NCBI RefSeq assembly: GCF_018350175.1 | Contig: NC_058369.1 | Location: forward strand, 16,370,001-16,434,000 | Direction of reading: 5' to 3' | DNA: 64,000 nt | Origin: Felis catus | Taxonomy: Eukaryota | Shown here: positions 38,399-52,475 of the stretch, in pieces | Position numbering within the stretch: position 1 is the first letter of the stretch | Layout: every line of letters begins with the position of its first letter | Position numbers and translations under genes: made by a program | The notes under the pieces: model-generated | Databases searched by the model: none | What the model saw: only the letters and a program-made list of their open reading frames with translations | Told to the model about the DNA's origin: nothing

Positions 38399-40273
38399 TG
38401 AAGATGAGAGCCCAGGATGCGGAACCAAGTGGCACCAGGGAAGGGGTGGGGGGGAGGGGGTGGGGGTGCTGGAAGGGGAGGTCAGGCCAAAGTGGGGTGG
38501 GTCAGGTGTCATCAAAGTCAGCAGACTGAAATGCACTGAGCCTTCCCTCCCGTGGCAGGGTTAGGGCGATATGAAGGCAGCCACAGTCCGAATCATCCCC
38601 ACAGGCTTAGATCTGGCAAGGCACACCAGGATCAGGGGCACCGACTAGGGTGCCACATCCCACTGGGGTGCGCTGGGACAGCTTCCTGGAGGAGGAGGTA
38701 TCCAAGGAAGGTCCAGAAGGATAAGTAGATCTTTGAAGAGGGCCACCCGGTCAGAAGACGAGGCTGAGGTGTCCAGGGTCAGGAGAATTGGGGTGCATGG
38801 GGCTGGACGGGGAGGATGACAGAGGGATAGGGATGGGTACCTGGGACTCTGAGTCATAGTTACTGTCCGGGAGAGGGTGTTTGATCTGAGGTAGGGAGGG
38901 CTGCTGCCCACCAGTGCCGCCTCTCCAGGGACCTGTGCTAAGGTGAAGGGGGGGGCACTCACCTTCCGTCCTGCCTCCTGCCCTATCTTGCCCTGAGTCC
39001 ATTTCCTGGAAGCGAAGATGGGAGCTCATTAGCACCCATCCGGGCCTCTGCCGCCTGTCTGATCAGTCTCATGGACCTGGAAGAAGCCCAGACCCACCCT
39101 CCCCCCCCCCCGCCCCCCCGACTGGCTGTCAAGAACAGTTTCCTGTCTGGAGCTGGCTCTCAGACTGCCGCGGACCCAAACACACAGTGACACACTTTGT
39201 AGCACGTGGACTTTGCTCACAGTCACAGGGATTCACATGGTCTCTTTGGTCACGGCCCTGTCCACACTGGCCCCACTGGTGACTCCTTGGTTCCCTGCCC
39301 CGGTGACTTCAGGGTTTGGAGGTCAGGTGGGCCCCCTCTCTTTGGGTCCCAGCGCTCTTCCTAGTTGTGGAAGCCTGGAGGCACCTTGCCCTGCCCTAGC
39401 CCGCCCCATCCTGATGGAGCCCCTCTCTTCCTGCTCTACCCCGTCTTGCTACCCCCTCCCTGCTGATGCCCCAAGGATCAGGCACAGCCATTCCATCCCG
39501 GTTGGGGCGTCTGCCCTCAGCTTCCCATTGCTGCCACAGACCCTGACGCGGGAGGGCCAGGGGCCCTGCTCAGGCTGTCACTGAAGGGACACAAGTCAGA
39601 GAATGAGGGAGACTTTTCAGCGAGGGAGAGAGATCTTGAACATCTCTCTACTGGAGAGAAAGGCCAGCCCAACTCAGTCTCCGGAGTCCCTCTGTGGACC
39701 CTGTGAACCCTTAACTCAAGTATCTCAGGGCAGGGGACGGACGGGTAGGTAGACTTGCCTGAACACCCTTGACAGCTGCACACTCTTGCTGTTGTCGTCC
39801 ACACCGCCAGCTTCCTGAGCTGCACAATGCTCTGACCGGGCTGCGTTTTCAGTTTAACCTCTCCGTGGACATCACCCCTACCGTCCGCTTTTGTCCTGCG
39901 CCCCCTGGTGGGGCCTCGTCCTCCTGCACAGGCTCTGGCTCCGACTCCTGGGTCGGAGGACACCGCCTCTGCCCGTGCGTTGCCCACGTTTACTGCTCGG
40001 CCGGCTAGTTGACCCCACGCCCGCGTGGTGTTCGTTCCCATTTGAACCTCCTGGTTGACAGTCTCCACACCCTCTGCTTACTTTGCACCTGCCAAGTACT
40101 TTACAGTTTGTAAAGCGCTTCCTCACCTGTTACCTCAGCTCTTTCAGTGGCCTGGGCTGTCAGCAGGACAGGGATGAACCCACATTGCACAAAGGGGGAG
40201 TCTGAGGCAGGAGTGTGCCCTGGGTCTCCTGCCGTAGGACAATTGATAGCCATGACTGCCCTGATTTCTCCAG

Positions 40274-40408
40274 CTGACATAATGGAATCAGACAAAGGAT
40301 GGGCATCTGCATCCACATCAGGGAAGCCTAAGAAAGACAAGGCATCTGGGAAGCTCTACCCTGAGTCCGAGGAGGACAAGGAGGCGCCCACTGGCAGCAG
40401 GCGCCGAG
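40274..40408 (+). CDS. PTH1R: PTH1R exon E2
   Basis: [45 protein letters not shown]; ttctccag acceptor, gtatgt donor. Confidence 0.96.
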
Positions 40409-41886
40409 GTATGTCTGTGCTTCCATGCATCCATGGGAGACCACCTAGGACCCACCCACCCCGCCGCTCGATCCCCGGCAAGTGAGCTCATGCTCTTCAG
40501 CTCTTGTGGAAAAGAAGAGGCTGTGGCCCCCTCCCTTAGGAAAGCAGGGGAGGGGCTGGGAGGAGACAGAGCCCAGGAGGTATGGTGTGGAGGGGGCCGG
40601 CAGCTGGATGGGTCCGGACACCCAGGAGATTTGGGCAGAGAACTTGCCCCACATTACCCCAGCGGTGGCCCCAGGGCTATGGCCCCTCCCATGGAGAGAG
40701 ATGACAGAGGACCTGGGAGACAGAGGGGCAGGGACAGATACAAAGACAGGGAGAGACAGACAGGGGACCGGGAGGCACAAACTGGGACTGGGACTCTGTC
40801 AGAGGAGGGTCCATCAAAAATAGTATCCCGGGCCATAGACACAGAGCAGGAGAGGATGGTAGCCACGGACGAGTGGGGCCAGAGAGAGTGAGACAAGGAG
40901 GGGAGGAGAAAAGAGAGGGAGGAAGATGCAGGGCAGTGTTGTCCCTCAGGAAGGTAAGGAGAGACAAACGCAGAGCCCAGGCTGCAGCCACAGGGCCGGT
41001 TTGAACCGGCTGGGTGGGCAGCAGATTCCAGATGGGCCACATCTGGGAGGCTGTGGTCACCCTGTGGCTCCCCAGGGACCAGAGGGAATTGTGGGCCTAG
41101 CCAGGCGGGGCTGGGAATATGGTGCCCAGGACAGAGAGCCTTTCACCAGGCTGGGGTGGGTCCAGCCATCAAGGCAGCCTTCCAGGATGGCTGGAGAGTC
41201 CTGTGGCTGGAGCCCTGCAGAGGGAAAGAAGGGAGCTGGGGGGTGGAAAGTAGAAGATTCAGAGGCCGGGGACCCTCCAAGGTCACTTAGTAGCTCTGCT
41301 GTGAGGCTGGAGCCCTAAAGTAGGGTAGAATCCCACAGACAGCACTTAGATTTGGGGGGATGATACCTTCCCTACGAATGATCATTGGAGTCTTGTAGCA
41401 GGTGCTCAGGGTGGGTCTGGGATGGGGGTGGAAGCACAGGCTGATGTGGTCAGTCCCAGCTACCTGGTGAAGAAGCTGGAATACAAAGAGGGTGGACATC
41501 TGCATGAGGTCAGCTGGCACTGGAAGCTAGTCCTCCTGCCTCCTGTCCGTGGTCCCTGGGCAACGATCACACGGAAAGCATTCTCAGCTGAGGGAATTAG
41601 TCTGGGAACTTCCCCTTCTCCAGGGACACCTGGAGGTGGGACCAAGAGTAGAGGAAAAAGAGAAAGGCCCGGCCAGGGGCTGAGTCCCTGAGGAGGGCAG
41701 GGCCCTAGGCTGTATGACTTCAGCAGATCACTTGTCTCTCTTGGCCTCCACCAGTCAATCTAGAAAATAGGGCCATGCCAGTACCTGCATACAGGGGCTG
41801 TGGGTGAATTCTATGAGGCCAGGTGGGTGCAGGGCACAGTAGGTAGTAAGGCTCAATACATTCTCTCCAGAACGCTCCAGGCCTGA

Positions 41887-42411
<525 letters not shown>

Positions 42412-42425
42412 TGAGCTAGGCCTGA

Positions 42426-43161
<736 letters not shown>

Positions 43162-43511
43162 TGAGCCACGCACAGCCACCCGGCACCCTCGACCCCGCTT
43201 CCAGCCCCTGCTGCCGTGGGCTTTGTGACTGTCTCCCACCCGGCACTTTCCTCAACACTCCTGCCTCAGCCCAGCACGCCCACCCACCCCACCTCTTCAC
43301 ATTGCCCCCTGCCACTGTCCTGAGTGCCTTCCTGCCCCTGGCGACGGCTTTCCCCCTCTCCCTGCACCCCCAGCTCTGCCCTTGACCAGAGCCTGGCCCT
43401 TCCTGCCCTCGTGACCAGCACCACTTGTCCTATGTTATGAGCAGCCCTCAGCCCATCTCCAACTTCTGCACATGCAGGCCTGCCTTCTGGCTAACACCAC
43501 TGCTCTCCTAG

Positions 43512-43997
<486 letters not shown>

Positions 43998-45199
43998 TGA
44001 GCCCTGTTTCCCTACCGATCCCCCTCTCTGCCTGCAGGATCCATGACCCAGAGCCCCAGGGCGGGCTCTCGGCATCATCTGAGCTTCAGCAGCCCCTCTG
44101 CAGAGTGGGTTGCTGGGGCTCTGCACGGCTCCCCCACGGGCTCTGGGATTGAGTTACCGATAATTGTCCATTATTGTTGGCAGCTCCCGAGCTTGGCTGG
44201 GCTCCGGGGCAACTGGCCAGACTGGGGCGACTGGCCAGACTGCAAAGGGGTAGGCCCGGTGGCTGAAGCCCTCCTCCCTGCACTCAGCACCCAGAAGCTC
44301 TCAGGTCAACAGCCACAGCCCCTTGCCACACCCTGACCTTGTCCTCACCCACAGCAAGCCCCAGAGCTGGGGGAGATCTGGGCCTGGTTCCAGGAACTGA
44401 CATGGGCTCTGGGGCTAGAGGGTGTCAGGGTGGGCAGGAAACACACAGATTGGGAGCACACAGAGCTTCATGACACAAGAATGTCACAGCTCTTTTTCCC
44501 ACCATAAATCCAGGTCGCACCCTGCCCCTCCCAAGAGTTCGCCTGGCCTAGAATGAAGTGTGAGGGGCTGGAGGGTGGGAACCTGGGCTCCCTTCTAGAG
44601 GCAGAGCTCACTGAGAGGTACCATGTGCATTCTGAGCTGACTCGGGCCTGGGAACACCAAGGTTCCCCTGTGGACTTTACTCAGCCTGGAACGACGGTTG
44701 TCACTCCATCCAGTCTCATCCGTGGGGGCTAGGGCCTTTCACACTGGGTGTTGGGGAGGGGGGCGTGCTGGGACAGAAGAACGCTGGCACTGGGCCCCCT
44801 CCCCACAAGAGCGCCCCGTGCGGATCACTGCCCTTGAGAGGAGAGCAGGGGGGAATGGGCTGGGCACGGGGAAGTCAGCGATGCCTCATGTTACCCTGTG
44901 CCTGGCAGGTCTGCATGTGTGGGTAGGAGACGCAGAGCCAAGGTGAGGGCAGAGGGCTGAACTGGGCGCTGGGCACTAGAGCCTTCAGAGGAGGCTGTTG
45001 GGGAAGCAGAGTGGCACATGCCAGCCTGTGGCTCTGTCGCCAAGCAGCCCGTGGCTCCAGGGTGAGGGGGGTCAGGGACGGTGACTGGGTAAGCTAGGGG
45101 TCCTCAAGGATGAGAGGGGTCTGGCGAGGAGGGCTGAGGGGGGAGACATCGTGGGCAGCACCTACGGTTCCTCACACGCTGCCCCCTCTGCACCCACAG

Positions 45200-45260
45200 G
45201 TCTGCCCGCCATCTTCGTGGCCGTGTGGGTCAGCGTGAGAGCCAGCCTGGCCAACACCGG
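45200..45260 (+). CDS. PTH1R: PTH1R exon M4 (TM4)
   Basis: [21 protein letters not shown]; cccacag acceptor, gtaggt donor. Confidence 0.95.
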
Positions 45261-45582
45261 GTAGGTCCAGGTGGAGAAGGGGGCCAGTGGGGGCGGGGGG
45301 GGTTCCGACACAGGCCAGAAATACCCCTGGAGCCCTCTTCCTCTGTGCGGTATGTGAGGGGGCTTCCTGTACCCTGGCCCTGAGTGGGCCCCACTTCAGT
45401 TTTGTATCCAGCGTTGAGTCAGGTGCCCCCTCAGGGTCACAAGAGGCTGCTGCAAAAGAAGCGTGTGAGGGTGGCCTTAGGCCTGGCCACCCCCAACACT
45501 CGGCTGTCCTCTGTCAGAGCAGACCAGCTCTGGGGCCACTCTGTGGGCAGGCTCAGGGTGGCAACAGGGGGGTGGGAGCTGA

Positions 45583-46038
<456 letters not shown>

Positions 46039-46646
46039 TGAGCTGTGCCCAGCAGACCCCGGCTCCTCAGAGCTCAGGGGTCATCAGACCCCGGCACCAT
46101 GTGAAAAAGCAAAGACAGAGGCCCCAGGAGTGAGCCTGTGTCAGGGGGAGAACCCAGCTCCTGACTCCCTGGCTGGCCCCAGGGAGCTCACCCCAGAGCC
46201 AACCTGGGCCATTCGGTGCTAGGCCCTGCCCTAGAGCTGGGGTCTGCAAGGGTGAGACAAACCCAGACCTCTCCTTAAAGAGCTGATCGTTCAAGTCTGA
46301 GGGACCTGAGGGCTGTGGGTGGCTTCGAGAGGGCGGTGGTTCAGCTAAGACCTGAGGAACGGGCCGTGGGATGAAGAAGGAAGGCAGGGGCGGGGGGGGG
46401 GGGGGCGATGAGTGTGTGCCAGTAGGGGGACCGGCAGGTGCAAGCACCAAAGGGCCCTATTAACACTCTGCCAAGACAGCGAAGGGTGGGTGTCCCAGGT
46501 TAACTGGATTGTCCTCCGCCCTGGCCCGAGCCTCAGGTCCCGTAGTGGCTCCCGAAGCCTGGAGCCTAGGGCTGGCGGGTGGGGACGGCACCGTGCCTAC
46601 TGAGGGGAAGGGGCTTGTTCCTGACCCGTGCGCCCTGCCGGCCCAG

Positions 46647-46788
46647 GAAGCTGCTCAAATCCACGCTGGTGCTCATGCCGCTCTTTGGCGTCCACTACAT
46701 CGTCTTCATGGCCACGCCGTACACCGAGGTCTCAGGGACGCTCTGGCAAGTCCAGATGCACTACGAGATGCTCTTCAACTCCTTCCAG
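46647..46788 (+). CDS. PTH1R: PTH1R exon M6/7 (TM6, ECL3)
   Basis: [47 protein letters not shown]. Confidence 0.97.
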
Positions 46789-46905
46789 GTGCGCAGGCCC
46801 TGCCCAAGGCCCGGCCGAAGGTGGGGAGGGCCGCGGAGGGGGGTCCACTCCCACCCTCCCTGGATGCGGCCTCCGGGCCCTGACCCCACGTGCCTCTCTC
46901 CGCAG

Positions 46906-46947
46906 GGATTTTTTGTCGCCATCATATACTGTTTCTGCAACGGCGAG
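46906..46947 (+). CDS. PTH1R: PTH1R exon M7 (42 nt, TM7)
   Basis: [14 protein letters not shown]; ccgcag acceptor, gtacgc donor. Confidence 0.96.
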
Positions 46948-47425
46948 GTACGCGGTGGGCGACGTTGGTACGAGGCAGGGAGGACGCGAAAGCGCCAGGG
47001 GCCCCCCAAGTCCTGTCCTTCCGTTCTTCTGTTCGGCTCCTCCTATATTCCTCCAAGAACATCCCTGAGGACATTTGTGAAAGCAGAGTCTTTCCAGATG
47101 ATTCAGGCTTGGGACGTCCTAGGATTTGTGGGCTCTTCGATCTCTGGCATAGCCAGTGTCTTCCCAAGCCCACAGTTGAATCTCCGTAATCCAGACTGAA
47201 CAACTCAGCCACCCTTGGGGCCATTTGAGCCTTGTAGACTCTGGGCGTGTCAGCTGCCTGAAGCCAGGCACCATGTTCTGAGGATGACGGGATTTTACTT
47301 GGCCTTGGAATTTTCCAGTGATATCCCGTGCCTTCGGTTCTATTCAGTGCTGAGTGTCGTAGGGGCAGGGAGGAGGGCACGCCTGGGCCTGGTGGGGGGG
47401 CACATGTGGCAGAGGGGTTACCTGA

Positions 47426-47830
<405 letters not shown>

Positions 47831-50800
47831 CGGGGGACCTGAGGGGTGGGACCCATGGACATGAGGGCCGACAGACGGACCAAGAGACGGGTGGTTGGAC
47901 GGTTGCCCACTCAGGGCTGGGGCTGGGAAGACAAAACAGGAAAAAAAAAAAAAAAAAGGGAAAAGGAAGCAGCGTGTAGCTTCCTGTGGTCTGAACTGGG
48001 GACTTGGGAGGGGAGGGGCAGGAGCATCGGAGAAGTTCATGGGTGTCAGCTCAGGAGGGACTCTGGGGGCCACAGGCACAGTGGAGCAGGAAAGACCTGA
48101 GAGAGGCCTACAGTGGCTGGAGTTTGCTGGGGTCACACAGGGACCCGGCGGAGCCATGCAGGGGCGGGGCCCCAACCTTTCCCTGCCACCCTTGGATGCT
48201 TCTGGTTGGACCGAGGCCCCCGGGGGGACCCAGGCTCCTCCGGGCCAGCTCTCCACCTGCTGCCCCAGTCACTGTCCACCAAGGGCCAACCGCCTATCCC
48301 TAGGTCCCTGGCCCTGCTCCGGGCCCCTTCCTGCCCCTCTGGTGGCCATACTGGGCCCCTTGGAGGCTGGGGTACGCAGGGAGCCCTCCATACATGGTCC
48401 CAGCCCCCACCCCAGATGTGACACACTCCTGGCAATCAGACTGAGGGTGAGGGTGCGGGGAACATGCCGAGGCCATCAAGTGAAGGGTGGGCTGCGGCCT
48501 CTGCTCTGGCCTGGGAGCTGTGGGGGAGCCTGGGGACAGCCCACAGGTCCGGCTGGGCTGAGGACCTGCAGGACTCGGCATGTCCACTCCCTGTGCATCC
48601 GAGGCTGTCGCTGAGCATCCCCCTCCGTCACCCATCCACTACATTCCTTGCCCCCTTGGCCCCTGCACTGCCCAGTCCTGGGCCCCAGAATGACCTCCTT
48701 GAGAACTGACCCAGCTGAGTGTCCATCCCGTGCTCTGACCAGCACAAGCTTCTTTCTCCATTCCGAAGGCAGCCCTGCCCGACTCTGGGCTTACACAGGC
48801 CAGCACCCCTGCCTGGCCCTTCCTTCAGCCCAGCGCCACCCGTTTGTTCTGCTCCATGGACTCAGCGTCTGGAAGGCGCTCCCATCTCTAACAGCACCGC
48901 CACCACGGGGGGCTGGGTGAGGGGTCATGGGGGAGGGACCGCAAACTCACTTGGGCAGCGGGTGGCACAGGTGTGCTCTGGGCAGCCTCAGGCCCGGCCC
49001 TGCCTGTCCTTCTAGATGGTGGACAGGGCAAACAACTGCCCAAGGCCTGGCACACGCCTGGAGCACCATGTGGTGTCATGTGCTTGGAATGGCGTGAGAC
49101 GCACGGGCCAGGACCTGAGCCAGTTTAGGCATCGAGGACTCCCATGAACACTGGGCGCCACTGGAAATCATACAGGGAGAGCAACAAGGTCTGAGCCACA
49201 TTTAGAAGAGTCCTTGCATTAGTGGAGAGGCCGGAGGAAGTTAGGGGTCAGGGGACAGGCAGCCTTGTGGGAGGCAGGTGGCAGGCCAGAAGCACCCTGG
49301 ATGAGGTGCTGGCTGGGAGGAGGCCCAAGAAGAGAACCCCCATCCCCTTCCCAGGGGTGTCCGTGTGATGCCCCTCTTCAGGGCTCAGAGCTATGGGACC
49401 TCTGGACCACTGGGCTTTCTGGGAAACTCATCCCACCCACCCCGCAGGCAGGCACTGAGGCCTCTAGTGGGCTGGGCCCTGGGGCCCCACCGTCTAGCCC
49501 AGACTCCTCCCGGGGAGGCTTCTGAAATAGAGTCCATGAGGCCCCCTCACCCTGAAACATTCAGACTGGGTATCCCTAGGCCCGGGCTGTGTCTTCCCCC
49601 TCAGACTAGGCATGCCCCAGAACAGAGCTGAGCCTCCTCTTTCAGATTGGATTCCCTCTAGGACAGGGTTTAGTCTCTTCCTACAGACCAGGGACCTCCA
49701 CCCCAGGACAAGGCTGTGCTCACCCTTCAGGTGAGATACCCACAGGACAGGGCTGTGCTCCTCAGACTACATACCCCCACACCCCTACCCCAGGACAGAG
49801 CCAGGCCTTCCCCTTTAGACTGGGAACCATTTCTGGGATGTCCAGGACGGGACTGGACCTTATACCAGTCCAAGCCCCTAGGCCAGGACCCTCCTCTCTC
49901 AGACCCAGAGCCCCTGGGCCAGGGCCGGGCTTCCCACTCAGAGAGGCCCTTGAGCAGCGCCTGGGCCATCCAGGTGTTGGCAGAGGAAGTGGGAGACCTC
50001 AGTGGGCCTGGCAGGCAGTCAGGACCCTGTTTGCCTTGAGCAGGGGCTGGAGCCAGGTGGTCACTTCTCCCTTCAAGGCCTCCCAGCGCAGCCAAGCCGC
50101 AGGGAACACGTAAACAGCAGGCAAGCTGGGAGCAGGCAGGCAGGGAGGAGGGCACGGAGACCCCGGCTCCGCAGCCTCCTTGGCCACAGCGGCTGGCACC
50201 TCATGGGCTGCCATCAACTCCGAGCTGGGCCAGCGAGGCTGCCTGCAGCTCCCACCTGTCCTGAGCGTGTGGAGAGGCCCTGCCCTCTCTGGCCTGTGTT
50301 CCTTCGGGCAGACTGGGACAGGGACCTCCGAAGACCATTGGAAGGTACCCTCTTAGGGCCCCCTGGAACACAAGGCCAGGCCTCTAGGCTGGGTGAGACC
50401 ATAGCTCCCGGCTCAGAGTGGGGCCTAGGGGTCCAGGGGCACCAAAGAGACAGCCCTGCTCACCCTCAGCCTGCAAGCCTGTTGAGAACCAGGATGGAGC
50501 AGGCCCCCCATGCCCACCTGGAGCGGGCAGGCTAGGAGAGCCCACATCCTTCTGCTCTCACCCTGGGAAGGTGGGAGGGGGCAGGACACAGGGGAAAGGG
50601 GACTGAGTTCTCTGGAAGTTCAGAAGGGACACGACCCTGCCCTAGAGGGTCTTAAGGGGACACAGCCCTGCTCTGATGGTGTGTGAGGGGCCGTGACCCT
50701 GCCCGGGAGTCTGACAAGGTCCTGCCTTGGTTCATGGAAGAGGTCTGGCTGTGGGGGTCCGTCGGGGGGGGGGGGCAGGAGCGGTGGGGCTTGCCACTCA

Positions 50801-52051
50801 GCTCCGGCACACAGGCTGGGCTGGGTCCAGCTGCCTGTACCTCATGCCTCCTCAGCCAATTCCAGGAGAATGATCCCCGCCTGAGGCTACCATGGCCAAC
50901 TGAAACAAGCCTTGGCTGGGGCGGAAGAGCCTCCTCTCGGGCAGAGGAGGGGACTCCAGAGCCAGGCAGGGGCCTGGACCCTGGCTGGCTCCCGGCGTGT
51001 GCTGTGTGATCCCGGGCAAGCTGCCTTCCCTCTCTGAGCCTCAGCTTCTCTTCTGTGGTCAGGCCCCTGTCCAGGTCTCCAGGCCTGTGTGGATTCAGTA
51101 GTCCCACTCCTCAGTGGGCCCCCAGGACACAAGGCCAGGATATCCCCAGTGACTGGTTCCCTCCTTCGGTATATCACAGTCCTGCAGGCAGTGGGGGCCA
51201 AGAGACGGTGGGTGTGGATTCTGGGCAGCTCCTCCTGTCTGAGGGCCGGGGGAGCGGTGAGGGGAAGGGGGCCAGGGTCTCAGAGGCAGAAGAGGCAAAA
51301 GAGGCAGAAGACCAGATTCCAACCTTCCCTTCTGGCCTCAGCTCTCCATCTGTGGGGGGAAGGGAGGCAGCTGCATTAATTATGTGCCTCCTGTTCAGGC
51401 CCCCCGGCCCCCAGCAGTCTTTGTGGGGGTAGAGAGGTGAGCTCCCCAGGGAACCGCTGGGGGTGGGGTGGGGAGCTGTGCAGATGAGCAGCCCCCGTGG
51501 GCTCCTGCTGGCTTTGCTTCCCAATGGGGAGGAGGAGGGGACGAAGCGAGGCTGGGAGGATGGGCTTCCGGGCATGGGAGGGCTGGCCTGGGGCCACCCA
51601 GCACCTGTGGCTGCAAACGCTTCAGGTGCTGGCATTTGAGGCCCTTCCCCTGCTCCTCCCGCTCCCCACGCTGTGCTCTCCTGGCAGCCCAAGGCAGCTG
51701 GTCCCTCCTGGGAACCGTCCAACCCCAGCATGGATCAGTCCGGGGACAGCCTTGATGGGAACCACGCTCTGGCCCCGCCCAGAGGCCACACTGGCCAGCT
51801 GGGTGCCCCCAACGAGCTCACCATCAGTGATAGAGGGATGTGCTATGGGGCTGTGTGTACATATTTGTGTGGGTCTATGTTTATTTGTATTTGTGTGTGC
51901 ATATTAGTATGTGTCTGTGTATTTATTAGTATTTATGTATGTATATTTATAAACGTGTGTGCCTGTTCATATATGTGCCTAGCCATATATGTCTGCTGTG
52001 TCTTAATTGTATTGTCAATTTGTGGTTCTATCTGTATATAAACGATACCTA

Positions 52052-52090
<39 letters not shown>

Positions 52091-52184
52091 ATTTGCGTGA
52101 CTGTATTATGGGTCTATTTGTATTTGTGTGTATGTCTGTGTATACGTGTGTGTCTGTTTGTGTGTGTGTGTCTGTGTGGACCTG

Positions 52185-52475
52185 TGGTCTGAGAACGCCG
52201 CCTGTGGGTGGAATTTGGCCCAGAGACGTGTTTGGTTTGGCCCCTACAATATTTTCAACGTCTTGAGCCAACATTTAAAAATCAGGATATTTCACATAAA
52301 AATTCAGCTTTTCAGTTTCTCTTAAAAATTCAGAAGCCCTGGCAGCCTTGGGCCTGTGCTCCCATGAGGCTGCTCTCCTCCAGCGCCACACACGGGTGCC
52401 CATCCTCCTGCCCTCCGCACCCCCCTCACTTACCTGCCTACTGGCACCTTGAGGATGACTCAGTTTGTGACCCCA
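52185..52475. mobile_element. hAT-Charlie type non-autonomous DNA transposon (MER102-like)
   Basis: atttcacataaaaattcagcttttcagtttctcttaaaaattcagaagccctggcagccttgggcc resembles MER102 as I recall it; subfamily unverified. Confidence 0.6.

Noticed and set aside
48331..48348. CTCF-like TGGCCACCAGAGGGGCAG on minus (also 6369-6383)
   Set aside because: An extra G disrupts core spacing; too weak to call without a PWM
47895..48614. 239 aa plus-strand ORF downstream of the PTH1R stop
   Set aside because: Starts at a non-ATG codon, runs through the A tract (poly-Lys), low complexity, no family resemblance
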